Source of the DNA: Rozella allomycis CSF55
Taxonomy: Eukaryota
Assembly (NCBI GenBank): GCA_000442015.1
Contig: KE560925.1
Span: 1-35,862 of the forward strand
Direction of reading: 5' to 3'
DNA: 35,862 nucleotides
This document shows positions 1 to 11,340 of the stretch, piece after piece. The position numbers and the translations under genes were made by a program. The notes under the pieces are model-generated. The model did no database searches, was not told the DNA's origin, and saw nothing but the letters and a program-made list of their open reading frames with translations. Position 1 is the stretch's first letter; the number at the start of each line of letters is the position of its first letter.

Positions 1-57
1 CGTTTCTGAAGTCCGGGTCGTAAACTCCCCGTCCGATAAGACCATTATCATCTAACA

Positions 58-97
58 GATCTGAAGGTCTCGTGTTCGATCCACGATGTTCGCACCA
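58..97 (+). other. 3' half of a tRNA-Phe-like sequence (tRNA positions ~37-76, with encoded CCA); probable minus-strand primer-binding site rather than a tRNA gene
   Basis: GATCTGAAGGTCTCGTGTTCGATCCACGATGTTCGCACCA aligns position for position with the 3' half of eukaryotic tRNA-Phe. T-arm TCGTG/CACGA pairs, B-box GTTCGATCC is present, and it ends in CCA. No oligo-T terminator, and the upstream bases cannot form the anticodon stem. Confidence 0.75.
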
Positions 98-100
98 ATT

Positions 101-489
101 TGTAACAATTGATCCATGCTAAAGTTCAATAATTTAATTTAGTGTTATTAATTAGTTATGCGAATACTTATCTTTGATTGACGCGACTGTCAAGATTGAT
201 TATCGATCTTCTTGTCATCTGTCATTACATATGTTTCCATGTATGATTCTAATTCTGGATCCATGATAAGTTCATTTTCTTCCTTACAGATCATGAGGGA
301 TCTCTTCGCAAATACATAAACACTTGAATTCAAACTCGACAGTTTGGATTGGCACAAAGTTTTCCAAATCAGCAATGATGCGGTTTTATATGTATAAAGA
401 AATATGTCTAGCGGAACTGTATTTGGACGAGCAATCCACAAAATGTCATATATTGATCTCTTTTATGTTTTTTCGAACTACAAGTTACA
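101..489 (-). mobile_element. Candidate LTR of an LTR retrotransposon whose internal region runs off the window start
   Basis: TGTAAC at 101-106 and GTTACA at 484-489 give TG...CA inverted termini. The minus strand reads ...GTTACA-aat-TGGTGCGAAC, the canonical LTR/PBS junction. The 489 boundary is a guess. Confidence 0.45.
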
Positions 490-833
490 ACAATCATCAA
501 ATCCGCGATTTGGTAATTCGACGCGGAGAAGAAAGTCACGAAGTCCCGGTTATTTATCACTTATTTCCCCAACCCTGGGCATTTATTCCTTCAATCCTTT
601 ACAGATTTAGTAGCATTGCAATTTGCAAATTCTTAATTGAAGTACTTTCCAAACCTTTTTTTCTTTTCAACGATTACTGTTGCAAACTTGACCTTTGAAT
701 CTCTTTGCCCCAATCAATGAGTATACCATACCTTTGCCAATACTTACGCATTTAGATAAACAGTCTTATCATCATACACACCGATGTTGACGCTAAAAAA
801 TTTTGATTGTCAAATTCGGCAATTTTGGATTCC

Positions 834-1866
834 ATGCGTCCCAAAAAGATACTGCTTAATCATTCAAATTACATTCTTAAATCAAATTCCGACCGCAAAA
901 GCCAGATTATATTTGGTAAATCCTGTGTACGGATGGCCTTAAAAAGCCAAAGCAGGTCCTCCTTCACGAAGTTATTCATGGACAAACAGAACCAAGATCT
1001 AGACATTTTGAACCTTGCTAAGAGCATTAATCTCAGTTTTAAGCTTGTAGACGAGAAGACTTTGAGAAGATTGACGAATGAAGAGAAATCACATCAAGTA
1101 AAATGTTGCGGTAACATACACGAGGGCGTAGTGGTTTCGTGCGGACCGCTGAAACAGAATTCAGTGGAAGAACTTGGCTGGGAACCGGGGACGAATACTT
1201 TGATAATGCGGACTAGAAAGAACACGACTGCACTGGACTATCAGTCACGACATCCGGTACCGGCTGGAAGGATGCCGTTGGTTGTGGTTCTGGAGCATGT
1301 TTCATGCCCATCAGTAATAGATATTTTTGTTATTTAGAGAATATGGGAATGATTATAAGGAATGCTTGCTGCTTTGGTGCTGATGCAATTGTAATTAGTC
1401 GAGATAGGTAAATACCAATTTAAATTTTTATGCAGCTCTCCTTTAAGTGCCACTACTTCTTTCTCGAGCGGTGGGCTAATGGAACTGTACGGAGCGAGCA
1501 GAGTGCATCGTGCTTCAAGAACAATTTTAGGGGTTCTGACAGTACATCTAGTTATTCTAGTATAAATTAGGCAGCTAGGAACAGCGGCTGGGATATTGTC
1601 AATACGCAGGTTCATGGGGATACAGTTGAACAATACCGAAATGAGAAACGGCCGACAATCCTCTTGCTTGGTAAACGTTATTACGATCTCTAATGATAGG
1701 AAATGAAGCTACTGGCGTATCATCAAGTGTTGGGAAACTTGCTAATTTTAATTTAACGATAAAGGGCAGTCCACTTCCCGGGTTTGAAAATGTTTTGGAT
1801 TCACTCAATGTGGCAGTTGCTTCGGGCATATTGATCCAGTCTCTGCTTCCAAAACTTAAAATTTAA
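834..1866 (+). CDS. MRM1: SpoU/TrmH-family rRNA 2'-O-methyltransferase (MRM1/PET56-like), multi-exon
   Basis: Motifs IFGKSCVRMAL, HQ/GVV, PLVVVLEH, IGNEATGV and LDSLNVAVASGILI (SPOUT knot), joined across short introns; stop at 1864-1866. Confidence 0.8.
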
Positions 1867-1957
1867 GTTGTGTCTAATAAATTCATTTAATATTTCATGC
1901 CATGAAACGTCTGATTTGATGCCGTTCAGCGACGTTTTCCAAGCCACTTTGAATCAT

Positions 1958-4900
1958 ATGCCACCCCATTCGCAAATCCAGCGACTGCGAGGGTTAGCAA
2001 TAAACGAGACAGAGTGTGAATCCCAAAATATGGCATTTAATCCCTATCAGAGTGACAAGTTTAAGGCCTTTATACCATCAGACCAAATCAGCGAGTACCA
2101 AGATTATTTGACTTTTCAATGCAATTCGTACAAGGCAACTGAGCAAGAAGTGACCGAGACATGGAGGATGAGAGACCGATTGAAGACTGTTAGTGTTGGG
2201 TTGGTAGTTTGTTTGAATATTGGAGTTGATCCGCCTGACGTAATTAGGCCTAATCCGTGTGCGACGTTGGAATGCTGGGTTGATACTACTGGTCAAGCTC
2301 CGGGAAAGGCGTTGGAAAATATAGGGAAGAATTTGCAGCAGCAATATGAATTTTGGCAGCCGAGAGCAAGGTACCGAACAGCGTTGGATCCTACTACTGA
2401 TGATGTAAAGAAACTGTGTATTGGTTTGAGAAAAAGCAGTAAAGATGAACGAGTCTTGTTGCATTATAACGGGCATGGAGTACCGAGGCCAACGATTAAT
2501 GGAGAGATATGGGTGTTTAACAAGGAGTACACACAGTATGTCCCTCTTTCCTTGTATGATCTATTATCATGGGTAGGAAGTCCGAGTGTGTTTGTTTTTG
2601 ACTGTTCGTGTGCTGGATATTTGATTCAATCTTATAATAAATTTGAAAAGCATGAGCAAGGTATGTCTGCGATATTTCTAGCGGCGTGTTCTAAAAATGA
2701 AAGTCTTCCAATGAATCCTGATTTGCCTGCTGATTTGTTTACTAGTTGTCTGACTACGCCGATAGAGATTTCGATCCGATGGTTTGTATTGCAGAGAGAC
2801 TTGTTGTGGCATGTTCCGATGGATGTAGCAGTTAAGATACCTGGCAAGTTGAATGATAGGAAGACGCCGCTTGGAGAGCTTAACTGGATATTTACTGCGA
2901 TAACTGATACGATAGCGTGGAGTGTGTTTCCGCGCGAGTTGTTTAAAAAGCTGTTTCGGCAAGATTTGATGGTAGCTGGATTATTTAGGAATTATTTGTT
3001 AGCGGAAAGGATAATGAAATCGTATGGATGTAATGTAACGTCGATACCAAGTTTGCCGCCAACCAGCCACCATGAATTGTGGGAGACGTGGGATTTAGTT
3101 TTGGACATGTGTTTATCGCAAATAAATGATGTTTTGAAAGAAAAGAAGGAGTATGAGTTTAGTTCATTTTTTGAGGATCAGTTGGTGTGTTTTGAAAAGT
3201 GGTTGGATAGAGGAGAAAGGAGGGCGCCGATACAACTGCCGATAGTATTGCAAGTGTTGTTGAGTCAGCAACATAGGATTAGAGCGTTGAGATTGATAGC
3301 AAGGTTTGTTGATTTGGGGCCTTGGGCTGTGAGAGAAGCGTTGAGTGTTGGGATATTCCCGTATACGTTAAAGTTGCTTCAATCGCCTGCTGTAGAATTG
3401 AAAGAAGTTTTGGTTTATATTTGGTGTAAAATAATTTGTGTGGATTTGAGTGTTCAAAGTGATTTGTTAAAAGATTCAGCATTTATGTATTTTGTTAATA
3501 TTTTGAAGAATGTAGAGGAGCCATTAGATAGGAGGAAAATGTGTTTGTTGATATTGACGTTGTTTTGTAAGGATCATCCTGCTGGACAGGAAGCGATTTG
3601 TGGTGTTGAAATGGAATTGGAGTCTGATTGTTTAAGACAATGGCAATGTGTGTTTAAAGGAATATTAATAAAGAATAATCAATTATTGAAATTAGAATTT
3701 TTGAAGGATTATGAAAAGATGCATTTGTGGATTTCTGATAGAGATGCGAATGTGAGGGCAAGCGTTTTATTTCTGTTGACTTGTTCGTTGGGCGGTGAAG
3801 AAGAAGTATTTTTGGATTATGAAACAAAAATTGCTCTTTCTTTGATTTCTTTGATTAATGATTCTAGCCCAATTGTTAGGAATGAATTGGTTATTTTCTA
3901 TTCGCATTTTATTTATCTTTATTTCAACAAATTTATTTTAGCGGCTTTTGATTTAATTGAAAAGAAGGGCGATAAATCACGCTATAGTTTGATGGATTTA
4001 GACAAGGCTGGATTTTCAGCGTTTTCGCCTGTGTGGAAAGCGATGCTTGTTTTGTCTGTTGATTCTTACCCATCAGTGTCTACCCCTGCCAAACATTGTG
4101 TTGATCAAATTCATTCTCAATTCATTCGTAAAAAGAATAGATTCACTTCTTCACAACCAGAATTATCTTCCTCTTCAATGTTTGATTCTTCTCGCTCTTT
4201 TAAAACTTCAAATTTCTCTATTAATCCAAACAATAACAATCCAATAAAGTTGCCGTTAAAATCTTCTTTTCTAGAATATTCTACAGAATTCTTTAATAAA
4301 GAAAAATCATTGAATCTAAATAAATGGAAACAACAAAGAAATTGGAAAATGAAACAAGAATATTTACAAAGTGATCTTGATCTTTTAAAATTTGATGAAT
4401 TCGGAGTTTTAACTAATGATTTAGATTCAAATATTGATTATTGTAAATTCCATACCTTTGATTCTCATTTAATTTCTTGTTCAAATTCAACTTTAACGTA
4501 ATTTGGAAATTTCAAAAGTTATTTTTAGAATTTGGGATTGGAAATTTGGGAAAAAAATTAACGAATTTAAGAATCATGAAAATAAGCAATGCAAAATATC
4601 AAACATTTGTTTCTTGAATGAAGAAAATGATTCAATGATTGCTTGTGCTTCAAACGATGGTATAGTTAGAATATGGAAAGATTACAATCATCAATTCAAT
4701 GAAAGTTTAGTAACCAGCTGGAGGTGTTTGTTGGATTTAATGCCAATGAGAAACTTTCCAAATGTTTTTGTAGATTTCTGGCAGAATTGTGGCACTTTGG
4801 TGTGTGCTGGAGATTCAAAATCAATTAAATTGTGGGATGTTGAAAAACAGTCGTGCATTAATGTAAATATTTATTCTATAGTTTAAAAGGACATTTCAAC

Positions 4901-5469
4901 ACATTGTATGGTTGGCGCTACTTGTTTAACTACAGAAAGAGTCGGTTGCTGTTTAATCGTTGCTGGATTTGTTGATGGATCTTTAAGGTTTTATGACAAA
5001 CGATTAAAGTCTTCAAATTGGTATTCCACTATGTTAAATCTTTTATAGCATTGTTAATACCTTTCATGAACATTCAACGGCTGTGCTAAATGTTAAACTA
5101 CAGAATCAAGGCTTTCGAGATGTGATCAGTGGAAGGTACGATTAAACCATAACTTTAAAAAGTGCTGAAGGCGACATTCGTTATTGGGATGTTTCTTCAA
5201 CTGCGAGTATTAAATCCCTAAATTTATCGCGGATTTCTTCACTGGATTTCCATGACGCATACCCATTAATAGCTTCATCATCAGAAAACCAAGACGTCAA
5301 GATTTTCAACTCTGATGGCCACATTCTGTCAAACAATAAATACCACGAAGGCTTCCTTGGCCATAGAATATCCCCCGTCACTTCCCTCTCATTCCACTCC
5401 CTTGACACTGTACTGGCTGTCGGCTCAACAGACGGCGACATTACAATTTTCAAGGCAACTAAAATTTAG
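1958..5469 (+). CDS. KOG1: Raptor/KOG1 (TORC1 subunit): RNC domain, HEAT/ARM repeats, WD40; multi-exon
   Basis: WRMRDRLKTVSVGLVVCLNIGVDPPD, LLHYNGHGVPRPT, LPADLFTSCLTTP, KKLFRQDLMVA and LPIVLQVLLSQ; WD40 exons from 4529 to TAG at 5467-5469. Start codon uncertain. Confidence 0.95.
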
Positions 5470-5530
5470 ATTTTGTAAATAAATTATTCATCATTTTATT
5501 CATCTTTTTATTAATTATTTAATTATTGTT

Positions 5531-6927
5531 TTATTCAAACGAACATATCGTTACAATACCCTTGGAATCACCATACACTATTATATTGTCGGTTGAATCA
5601 AAACTGGTAATCACATTCTCTTCTTTAAACTCCAAAACGTTGCATCCATTAAAGTAATTGTACACTTTTAGTGTCTTATCTGCACTGCATGTGATTATTC
5701 TCCAATCATCTATTTTACAAGACAAAACCCACGATTTATGCATCTCTATTGGTACCTTCAACGTCATCACATCGCCACTAGCCCATTTAATATACTCAAC
5801 AACCGACTCGTTATCCTCCTTGGTCACAGGCGTAGGTTCCAACGTCCACAGCAGCACATTTCCATCCATAGTAGTAATAGTAACATACCTATTATTCGCA
5901 AGTAAATTATATACCTCCTCTCACTGTCAAACAATAAATTATTAATGCCGTTATACGCCATTTGCCACATCCGCACGCAATTTCCAGTTGCTAAATGCCA
6001 CATCCTCAATTGCTGGTCAAATGACATGGACAATAGAATATAATCATCGAAATCCAAACACTTGATCCCTGATTCATGGCCATTTAGTGTTCGATGATGC
6101 GCGAACGTTCCGTCCATGTTGTATCGCCACAGTCTTACTGTCTTGTCGGATGAGCCGCTGGCAATCAGACTTTTCCTGTATTGAACAGTATTGACACTAC
6201 TTTTATGGCCAGATAGACACTGTTTTTCTTTGCGTTCACTCAGCGACCATATTCTAATGGACTTGTCAAATGACGCCGATACTAGCTAAATTTATCTTAA
6301 AATTGTTATGTTTACAATGTCTTTTTGAACTGCCATGGCTGATATCGTATCCTTGTGTCCTTCAAGCGTTGCAACTTGTTTATCATTGCACAAATCCAAT
6401 ATTTTGATTGTCCGTTCTGCAGAGGCTGTGATGACATAAGGGTGCTGATACAAGAGGCATGTGATAGATTCCTCGTGCATCTCTATTCGTCTCGTCTTGA
6501 AGAATCTCTTGTTCCAGCGCTGGATCAGGTACACCTTGTAGCTGTTCTGCTTAATGTCTCCAGGCCAGTAATTCACATCAGCGACTTTTGACACCTTCAT
6601 TTTCTTGAACAGGTATTCCCAAAACTCTTCCTCTTTGATTATACTGTACCATGTTCGATTGACCGTGCATAGAAGCGTCCATGATCGCGGATGAAGCATT
6701 GACAATATGTAATATGAAATAGATCGCGGTAGGAGAGTGATGAAATCTCGATGCAGGTTGGGTAATACGTGGTATAGATATGACATGTCGTGCTGATTAC
6801 ATTCGCCGAGCAAGGAGAGTAAAAATCGTTGTCGGTCTGCAAGATTTAGTTTTGGAAAAAATTGAACAGATTGGGTAACGTGGTTATTCATGGATTCGTA
6901 ATCATCTGATGAATTTCTTTGCGTCAT
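5531..6927 (-). CDS. F-box/WD40-repeat protein (Cdc4/Met30/beta-TrCP-like SCF adaptor)
   Basis: RDFITLLPRSISYYILSML...LCTVNRTW F-box, followed by GH...WD-type repeats across ORFs 6292-6927, 5824-6117 and 5531-5869. Confidence 0.85.
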
Positions 6928-7066
6928 TTTGGGATCAAGTTACGAATCGGAATTTAACACATTCATAAATTAGAGTTTGCACCATTTTAGCGTATATACT
7001 GGTTTGCTTTTGGTAAAATGGTCTAAATCTGATACTTGCGAATTTTTCACTTCAGCTTCGCCTCTC

Positions 7067-7451
7067 ATGAAAGTTAAAATAGTAGATTACTTGTTTATCA
7101 AAAGAATTATAAATGATAATGCAAAGAAATATCTTCTAGTGGATGTACGAACTAAGAACGAAGTCTTGCAGGGTTGTATTAAGACATCGATTCATATTCC
7201 TTTGCATCAAATTCACAGCGAGTTTAGCATACCAACGTCCGGATTTGCTACAAAATATAATTTTGACCTGAGAAAAAATTCTCCTTTGATTTTTTATTGC
7301 CAAGCCGGAGTACGATCACAAAAGGCAGCAGAAATTGTGTCTTCTCTGGGGTTTACGTAAGTTGCTTTAGTTGATTAGATAAAGTGATGTATCGAATTAT
7401 GCTGGAAGTTGGTCTGAATTTTCTGCATTAGATAATAAAAAACTCGATTGA
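7067..7451 (+). CDS. Single-domain rhodanese (Rdl1/TSTD-like sulfurtransferase)
   Basis: LVDVRTKNEV..G.I..SIHIP, active-site loop FYCQAGVRS; intron 7357-7384, then NYAGSWSEF. Start uncertain. Confidence 0.85.
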
Positions 7452-7943
7452 TAGGTTAACCACATTAGGACGTTCTTACGTTGTAGAATCCGAATGGACA
7501 TGAAAAAATTCAAAGCTTTTACATCTCTAACTTTTATTTATTCTTTATAACATAAAATTTTGAAGCAAATCGACGGAATTTGACCTGCGGTCTGATGATG
7601 ACTAGGATCATCAATAGACAATAAGAAAGAAATTTGCCAATGGCAACTGAATGCCGTTAAAAATATAGGGCATTGGATTTGCAAAATTACGAGGCACGAA
7701 ATGAAACAAGTCCCTCAGATCAAGGTTCCCAGATATCATTTATCCGCGCGTTTATGTGCGCATTTTCACGTTTATTACTAAATAATGGTTAAAAATCATT
7801 CAATTTTTGATATTCATTGATTGAAGATCGTACAAGGTTCCTCTATTAGTATTTTCTATTCATAATTATTAATTATGCAACCATAGAAATTTGAAAAATG
7901 GATTTAATATAATCTTTTTATAAATTAATAATCTGTAATACTN

Positions 7944-9546
7944 GAGTTTGTTCAAGCCAACCAGTTTAAATTTGAAAACTACTATTTTTTCACCAAAGAG
8001 GATTGGGTTGCAGGCCTTGGATTAGCAGGACGTGCTATCTACAATAAGCTCAATTCAGCGAGTAAAAAATCAAAGTTTAAATAAATAAGTAAGCATTCCA
8101 ATGAAGCGCAAACTCAGTGCATCGAATGATTTGACGGTTTGCTTTACATCTTTTGTCGCAGATGCTTTTATTAGAGATAGAATAATGTTTTGTAAAGAAT
8201 TATTTCCTTATCCACTGAATGATTATGAAATCAAGACATTTTATGTTCGCCAATGCTATATAGATGTGTTTGAGTTATTAACGGCAAGGATTGAAAGAGG
8301 AAAAAAGAAATTTGGAATATCAGGGACTCCGGGAGTTGGCAAATCGATGTTTTTTCTGTATATCTTATTCCGTGTTTTAAAGGGGGAATCTTCATTCAAG
8401 CCAAAGAAAATAATGTATCAAAATGATCTTGAATTCCTGTGTTATGAATTTAGTACTGAAAACGAATTAATAGTCAAAAAATATTCAAGACATGAGGCAT
8501 ACATGGACACGGTTTTGCAAAAAGCTGACACTCTATATATTATTGACGGTAACGAGGGATCTCCCATCAGCTCTCGATGCATCACTGTTTTCATTAGTTC
8601 TCCTGGATCAAATGACTACAAGAGATTTATAATGCAGAATATGGCTACTGAATGGTATTTTCCTGTTTGGACTTTGGATGAATTGAAAGCTTGCCGCGAC
8701 AATTGCTATCAAGGTTTACCAGAAGAGTTTTTGAAAGAGAGATATCTTATGTTTGGCGGAATAGCTCGTTTTATATTTTGGGATTGGATTGATCAAATTG
8801 ACCGAAATGGAATTCCCCAGAAGCTGGCTACGGACCTTGAGTGTGCGTTGAATGATGAAACAGCCGTCCGAAATATTGTCAGACCACCTCAATTATTAAA
8901 GGTTTTCAATACAATCCATTCCCTGTTGCATATCATTGTCGATAGAAATTATCGGTATTCAAAGGTAGGGGTAGCTAGTGACTACATAGCCCATGAAATC
9001 TGTGTCCGGCACTATAATTACATGATCTCTCATTTACAAACTTTTTTGGGAGGGAGCCCTAGTGTCATTTCTAGACACCTGTTTGAAATTTATGGAAACC
9101 GTGTTTTCTCAATGGGAGGCAAGAAATTGAATTGCAGGGACCTCCAGAATGAGAATAATCAAGAAAGCTTTGAAATATATTTACAAAAATTTGACTTACC
9201 GACGACTTCTTTTCGGCAGAATACAATTCCTCTGGCTCTTCCAACTTCTTATTACGAAACATCAGATGATGATACATTCCCTGCTATTGATGCAATCAGT
9301 CCACAGGGAATGTTTCAATTTACGGTCGAGAGTGAACATCCTATTCGCGGTATTCAAGTGTTGAAGAAGGTTTGCAAGCTATTTAAAGACCAACAAAAGG
9401 AGCCCAAACTTTTCTTTGTAGTTCCAACACATCAATTTAGTTCCTTCAAAAAACAAGTTTTCGTCGGGAAGAGTGGCAACTCATCTGTTCAAGAAATTCA
9501 AGAGTTGAAACAATATGTCCTAGAACTCCCTGTCGGAATTAAGTAA
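7944..9546 (+). CDS. Crinkler (CRN)-type effector: SAM-like header exon, P-loop NTPase, restriction-endonuclease-fold domain; 5' end lost at N 7943
   Basis: FYVRQCY, Walker A GTPGVGKS, LYIIDG, VFISSP, PVWTLDEL, FGGIARFIF, FPAIDAI..GMFQFTV...HPI, LFFVVP and QYVLEL. Exon 7944-8061 splices in frame through GT-AG intron 8062-8089. Confidence 0.85.
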
Positions 9547-10134
9547 ATAAATTGAAATGCTTTTACATTTTAAATGTTATTAATTTATTAGAATTTATTT
9601 AGTTAATTAGTGTAATGTGTGCCAGATTTCTTAGAGTATGTATAAAGATCCAAGTTCATTCTATGATCCATCAATGAACGAGAATACTTTTCGTTCAGCT
9701 CAAAGTTCTAAATATGTAAACCTTTGCCTTTGAACCATTCTGCACGACTAGAAAATATAATAGCTTCTATATTTGAGGTAAATACTAAAAAGATTGCACC
9801 GGCTATGATCCTTTGTCACTTTTCATAAATCAAATAAATTATAAATATATCTTGTTCCTTTAAATTGAGAGAGATAAGAAGATTTGGGTATTAACTCTCA
9901 AATTCAAGCCATTTTAGTTAATTGGATAAGGTGAATTTTTGTAATTCTGAATTCATTCAGATTTTCACAGGAATCTTGTCTTAGACAATCTCTATTTCAC
10001 ATTTTGGAAATTTATTTTCATCTAAAAATATCTTGCCTTCTTGCTCTTCAGTTTGGTCATCTTTTTTTTAACAAGTAAAAAAATTCATTTAATGAGTAAA
10101 TTTTTCTTCAAAACTTCAAGAGCGTAGGAATGAG

Positions 10135-10625
10135 CCTTATTCATTTTTTGCTCATCTGAAGGATCTAGTCTTGATTGCTCATTCTTTTGCTCTTTATTCC
10201 GTATTCGATAGACTTCCTTCACGATAGATATCCAGATAATCTATCGGGCATAGATTACTGGATCATCTTCAAACAATCTTTTAAGAAGATAGAAGATTTT
10301 ATGAATTTTAATTATTACTTTAACATTTTTTACTAATTAAAAAAATCAATATTACTTTAACAGAAAATAGTCCATCTGCNCCTTATTCATTTTTTGCTCA
10401 TCTGAAGGATCTAGTCTTGATTGCTCATTCTTTTGCTCTTTATTCCGTATTCGATAGACTTCCTTCACGATAGATATCCAGATAATCTATCGGGCATAGA
10501 TTACTGGATCATCTTCAAACAATCTTTTAAGAAGATAGAAGATTTTATGAATTTTAATTATTACTTTAACATTTTTTACTAATTAAAAAAATCAATATTA
10601 CTTTAACAGAAAATAGTCCATCTGC
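10135..10625. repeat. 245 bp direct duplication either side of a single N (10380); probable assembly overlap
   Basis: 10135-10379 is repeated at 10381-10625. Confidence 0.85.
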
Positions 10626-10777
10626 ATATTTAATGTTTTATGACAGTTTAAACCTTAGGAAGGCTAGTAGGGAAGAAATCGAGATTGTCATGACTCATTT
10701 CTTCGCGTTGGCTGATTTGAAAGATTATTATATTTTTTTTTATATTTTAAATAGATACCATTAATTTATTAATCGTA

Positions 10778-11245
10778 TCTGTAATACTAAAAGCGGATTT
10801 GCCATGGTAATTGGTTGTCAAGAATAGAATTGAACCTCCATGATGCCAAATATTAAATGAGCGGCATACTTTTTTGTGAATGCTTTCTTAGTCCAAAACT
10901 ACTCTTTAAGTGTTTCGGATGTGGGTATAATGGAATGCGTAAATAAACAATATTCTGTTTATTAGTTATTAGTCGAATGCGCGTGAAGCGAGTACAGACC
11001 TAACTATGGTCAATAGCGTGCGTATATGCTAACAGCGTGCGAACCCGAATATTTTAAGTCTATTAATTTGGTAGAAGCTATGAAAACCGCTAGAAACAAA
11101 GGTCAAAGTGTTTTTTGTTAAGTGAAAGTATGAAGTACAGACGATCGACAATGCTTATCATCTTTAGGTTTTATCAATGCGAGAAACATGACGTTTTAAT
11201 GCGAGCGAAGCGAATACAACCACTAGTAACTAGTGGTTTGACTAG
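10778..11245 (+). mobile_element. Non-autonomous Helitron-like element (~470 bp)
   Basis: Begins A|TCTGTAATACTAAAAGCG and ends CTAG|T. Subterminal GCGAGCGAAGCGA (11201-11213) and perfect hairpin AACCACTAGT-A-ACTAGTGGTT (11218-11238). Non-coding; the same 5' sequence recurs at 7931-7942. Confidence 0.6.
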
Positions 11246-11340
11246 TTTATAAAGTATGAGGGATCCACATCGTCAAAATCACCAAGGAGTCGAACCTTGC
11301 CTCAACCTGAAAACCCCAGAAAATTCGGNTCTCCAATTAA

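Noticed and set aside
1..97. Complete intron-containing tRNA-Phe using CTGAAG at 6-11 as the anticodon loop
   Set aside because: Bases 1-5 (CGTTT) cannot pair with TCTGA, the segment belongs to the repeat also at 32850, and there is no Pol III terminator.
190..698. Short ORFs 190-441, 324-698 and 404-610
   Set aside because: No recognisable motifs; they overlap the candidate LTR.
7590..7652. Possible C/D-box snoRNA or hammerhead (CTGATGATGA...CTGA)
   Set aside because: No convincing terminal stem, rRNA guide or hammerhead helices.
10135..10625. Real tandem repeat or CRISPR-like array
   Set aside because: Exact overlap centred on a single N with no spacers; typical scaffolding artefact.
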